Source of the DNA: Thermosulfurimonas dismutans
GTDB taxonomy: Bacteria; Desulfobacterota; Thermodesulfobacteria; Thermodesulfobacteriales; Thermodesulfobacteriaceae
Length of the DNA: 32,000 bases
Direction of reading: 5' to 3'
NCBI RefSeq assembly: GCF_001652585.1
Contig: NZ_LWLG01000001.1
Span: forward strand, 60,001-92,000
Each line of letters begins with the position of its first letter. Within the stretch, counting starts at the first letter, position 1. Below, piece after piece: positions 26,759 to 32,000 of this stretch. The notes beneath the pieces are model-generated. The model was not told the origin of the DNA, did no database searches, and worked only from the letters and a program-made list of their open reading frames with translations. The position numbers were made by a program, and so were the translations under genes.

Positions 26759-28578
26759 GGGGTAGCCCCCAAGAAATAGGTCTTTAAAATCCTCCCCGCA
26801 ATAGGAGCCGCAGCTGAACCCCCGTGACCTCCGTGTTCTACAAAGACCCCCACCACTATTTCTGGATCTTCCGCTGGCGCAAAGGCCACGAACCAGGCGT
26901 GATCCCTTTCTTCATAAGGAATTCCGTCTTCTTTTTCTTTCTTAGTTTTGTCTTTTTTGAGTCTAACCACCTGAGCGGTTCCCGTTTTTCCGGCCACTAC
27001 AATTCTTTTAAGTTTAGCCGCCCTGCCGGTACCATGCCTGCCATTGACCGCCTCTATCAGCCCTTTGCGAACCTCAGCAATAAATTCAGGCGAAACCGGA
27101 AGAGTAGCTTCCATCAAAGGACCAAAGTCTTTGGCTTCATAGCCATCCGAACTTGCCAAGCGAGCCACAACGTAAGGTCTCAAAAGCCTCCCCCCATTAG
27201 CCAAGGCCGCATAAAATTTACTCAACTGTACTAAATTCACCTCGAGGGCTCCCTGACCTATAGCTACTATTAGATTTTCACCTTTCTGCCACGGACTCCC
27301 TAAAACCCGCCTTTTCCAATCTCTATCCGGGACGATACCAGGATCTTCGCCTGGCAAACCGAGTCCTGATGGCTTCCCAAACCCGCAAGCCCGAGCAAAA
27401 TCGGCCAAATAATCGATATCGAGTCTTTCTCCCAGAACATAAAAATAGGTATCACAGGATTGGGCTAGAGCCTGAATTAGGGCCACCTTCCCGTGTCCCC
27501 GCTTTTGCCAGCATCTAAAGACCCTACGACCCAGCTTATAGAAACCGGGACAGTAAATGCTCTCCTCTGGATTAACGAGCCCGGCCTTTAAAGCCGCAAG
27601 AGCGGTTACAGGCTTGAAGGTGGAACCAGGATGGTAGCCTTGAAGGGCTTTATTTAAGAGAGGGTGTCTGGGATTTGAGACGAGTTCCTTCCACTCCAAA
27701 GAAGTAAAACCACCTACAAATTTATTGGCGTCCGGGGCAGGAGAACTCACTAAAGCCTTAAGGCTTCCATCTTTTGGCGAAAGAATAACAACGGCCCCTG
27801 ATCGGCCTTCCAAAAATCTAAAAACTTCCCTCTGTAACAAGCTATCAATGGTTAAATAGAGATCTTTACCAGGAATCGGCAAACGCTCTCCCACTACTTT
27901 GACTATTCGCCCGAAGGCATCCCTTTCAAGCTCAAGCTCCCCCTTTTGGCCTCGAAGCTCAGCCTCAAAGAGTTTTTCAAGACCGCTTCGCCCCAAGAAA
28001 TCTTTGCTATCATAGCCCTCATTTTTTAAGCGTTTCAGTTCCTCTTGAGTAATAGGAGAAACATAGCCTACCAAATGGAAAAATTCCCTCCCAAAGGGAT
28101 AAAAACGCTCCGGTTGGGCCACTAGTTTAAGGCCGGGAAGGTAATATCTCCTAGCCTCAAGCCGAGCTACCGTATTCCTATCTAGACCTCGTCTTAAAAG
28201 AATTTCTCCGTAAGCCCGTCTCTTCTTAAAAAGATATTCCTCCTTTAGCTTGCTATAATCTTCCTCCAGTAGGTCGGCCAAAAGCTTGAGAATCTTGTCT
28301 TCTCGACCTTTGAGATAAAAAGGGTCCAAATAAAGATTGAAAGAAGGACGATTGCCGGCCAAGAGTACGCCCTTGTAATCATAGATTCGTCCTCGGGGAG
28401 CCGGCACTGCTACGCGAACAAACGTCCTCTGCTGAGCTAACTTCCAAAAATAGTCATGCCTCAAGATCTGGATATAAATAAGCTTAAAAAGCAAAATCAA
28501 AAAGAAAAAAAAGAAGACATAACCAGCCCAAACAACTCTTTTTTGAAAAATTTCTTCTCTATCCCGTCTATCTACCAA
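26755..28578 (-). CDS. mrdA: penicillin-binding protein 2 (elongasome transpeptidase)
   Basis: Active-site GSTFKP and KTGTA motifs. N-terminal TM anchor. Position between mreD and rodA. Confidence 0.95.
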   Translation of the reverse strand: MVDRRDREEIFQKRVVWAGYVFFFFFLILLFKLIYIQILRHDYFWKLAQQRTFVRVAVPAPRGRIYDYKGVLLAGNRPSFNLYLDPFYLKGREDKILKLLADLLEEDYSKLKEEYLFKKRRAYGEILLRRGLDRNTVARLEARRYYLPGLKLVAQPERFYPFGREFFHLVGYVSPITQEELKRLKNEGYDSKDFLGRSGLEKLFEAELRGQKGELELERDAFGRIVKVVGERLPIPGKDLYLTIDSLLQREVFRFLEGRSGAVVILSPKDGSLKALVSSPAPDANKFVGGFTSLEWKELVSNPRHPLLNKALQGYHPGSTFKPVTALAALKAGLVNPEESIYCPGFYKLGRRVFRCWQKRGHGKVALIQALAQSCDTYFYVLGERLDIDYLADFARACGFGKPSGLGLPGEDPGIVPDRDWKRRVLGSPWQKGENLIVAIGQGALEVNLVQLSKFYAALANGGRLLRPYVVARLASSDGYEAKDFGPLMEATLPVSPEFIAEVRKGLIEAVNGRHGTGRAAKLKRIVVAGKTGTAQVVRLKKDKTKKEKEDGIPYEERDHAWFVAFAPAEDPEIVVGVFVEHGGHGGSAAAPIAGRILKTYFLGATP

Positions 28579-29043
28579 CTAGAGCTCCCTGAAGGCTTTG
28601 TATTTCTGAATCAAAAAACGAAAAAGCATCGCCCAGGCGTAGGTTACCCCTAAATCCCATATTAAAAGACTAAGCCAATTGGTAGGCAAAGAAATTTCCA
28701 TCAAATAAGGGAAAAGGAGATACAATATGAATCTAAAGAAGAAAAGGCTAATTCCCAAAGCCAAGAGAGAAGGATACCATAAAGAAAAATCTAGACCTCT
28801 GGCCAGAATAGCTTGCAAATAAGCTACTAAACTCCCGGAAAGGAATCCTCCTAAAATTCCCGAGAGACTAAAAAAACCCTCTATTAAGCCTACCAGGATC
28901 CAAAAAATATTGCGACTTCTTCCAGAAAGTTCAAGACTAAAAGCTAAGGCCAGAGCCAAGAAAGGATCCCCCCAATATCTCAAAGTAAAACTCTCTAAGA
29001 AAACCTTAAAAATCAGGACTCCAATTAGAAGAAGGTATATCAA
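28579..29043 (-). CDS. mreD: rod shape-determining protein MreD
   Basis: Small polytopic membrane protein directly after mreC, with a 4 nt overlap. Confidence 0.8.
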   Translation of the reverse strand: MIYLLLIGVLIFKVFLESFTLRYWGDPFLALALAFSLELSGRSRNIFWILVGLIEGFFSLSGILGGFLSGSLVAYLQAILARGLDFSLWYPSLLALGISLFFFRFILYLLFPYLMEISLPTNWLSLLIWDLGVTYAWAMLFRFLIQKYKAFREL

Positions 29044-29882
29044 GGTTTGAAATCCCTATATGTAAGGATCACGTATACATATTCCAGCCTTCTAAAATCA
29101 CAAAAAGGTTCAACTTCTATCGTCTCAAAGAATCCTTGTCTCTTCTCCGGAGAAATCCTTACCACTTGCCCCACCCGGATCCCTTTGGGGTAGAGGGCAT
29201 CCATTCCGGAGGTCACTAAGATGTCCCCCTCTCTAATGTCCATCCCATAGGGCACATAATCCAAAAGGCAAGTCTCTTCCTTTCCCCGCCCGCGCAAAAG
29301 TCCTCTTTCTCGAGAGCGAACGGAAAGCACATCCACCGCACTTACCGGAGCCGTAATGGGCAAGATCTTGGCATATTTAGAAGAGACTTCTGCCACTTGC
29401 CCCACCAAAACCCCAATTTCCCCTCCGACAGCAGAAACCACTGGCATTTCAGGAGAAACCCCAACATCTTTCCCCTTATCTATAATCAAATAATTCTCAA
29501 AAGGTTCGAAAGGCTTATATATGACTTTGGCAAGGATTTTGGGATAAGTCTTCAAAAGAGGAGACTTATCTCCCTTATCAAGGGCTTTGCAAAGGAAGAG
29601 GGTTTCTTCTAGACGTGTCAGGCGTGTCCTTAAGGCTTCATTTTCTAGTTTTAGTCTTTGATTTTCCTCCTTAAGCTTCACAAGGTAAACATACTTCTCG
29701 AAACCCCTTCTTAACCCCTCTCCCAACCCTGAAGAGGCTTTTATCACCGGGGAAAGGGCTCCCAAGAAAATTTTTGAGACAAAAGGTATACGGAAGTTAA
29801 AGATGATAGAGACGAAAAATAAGCCGACCAAAAGAACTAAAAAAAGATAAAAACAAAGACTCTTAAAACCCGATGGAAGCAC
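29040..29882 (-). CDS. mreC: rod shape-determining protein MreC
   Basis: N-terminal TM, a coiled coil (ENQRLKLENEALRTRL) and a beta-rich C-terminal domain. Position after mreB. Confidence 0.9.
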   Translation of the reverse strand: MLPSGFKSLCFYLFLVLLVGLFFVSIIFNFRIPFVSKIFLGALSPVIKASSGLGEGLRRGFEKYVYLVKLKEENQRLKLENEALRTRLTRLEETLFLCKALDKGDKSPLLKTYPKILAKVIYKPFEPFENYLIIDKGKDVGVSPEMPVVSAVGGEIGVLVGQVAEVSSKYAKILPITAPVSAVDVLSVRSRERGLLRGRGKEETCLLDYVPYGMDIREGDILVTSGMDALYPKGIRVGQVVRISPEKRQGFFETIEVEPFCDFRRLEYVYVILTYRDFKP

Positions 29883-29884
29883 TT

Positions 29885-30961
<1,077 letters not shown>

Positions 30962-31025
30962 TTAAACCCCATACTGACAAGAAGAACGCCTTTACGTAAG
31001 CCCAAACTCCCATTATGTTTTAGAT

Positions 31026-32000
<975 letters not shown>

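Overview
This 32 kb window is very gene-dense, with about 43 protein genes. Intergenic space is minimal, and many stop and start codons overlap. I found no rRNA, tRNA, CRISPR array, transposase, integrase or phage-like genes. Most of the content is core housekeeping. It includes the purH 3' end, rpe, pheA, coaX, ldcA, cutA, scpB, ribE and prmA. It also holds a seven-gene F1Fo ATP synthase operon (b'-b-delta-alpha-gamma-beta-epsilon), the mreBCD-mrdA-rodA cell-shape operon, a MEMO-like gene and the gltX 5' end. G+C looks near 50 percent, and the charged (K/E/R-rich) proteins and gene order suggest a thermophilic deltaproteobacterium-like or Thermodesulfobacteria-like bacterium; this placement is inference only, with no marker RNA present. 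I do not see a convincing, clearly novel multi-gene system such as a defence island. Four places look most worth a second look. (1) A PEBP / zinc-ribbon / ATP-grasp module sits directly downstream of atpC, and the zinc-ribbon and ligase genes are translationally coupled. (2) An AT-rich single-gene islet encodes a degenerate GGDEF-like protein, transcribed divergently from a CsgG-family lipoprotein gene across a repeat-bearing intergenic region. (3) Two PrmA-like methyltransferase paralogs lie about 6 kb apart. (4) The ATP synthase b subunit carries an unusual His/Gly-rich N-terminal extension. All functional calls come from motif recognition by eye, with no database search.
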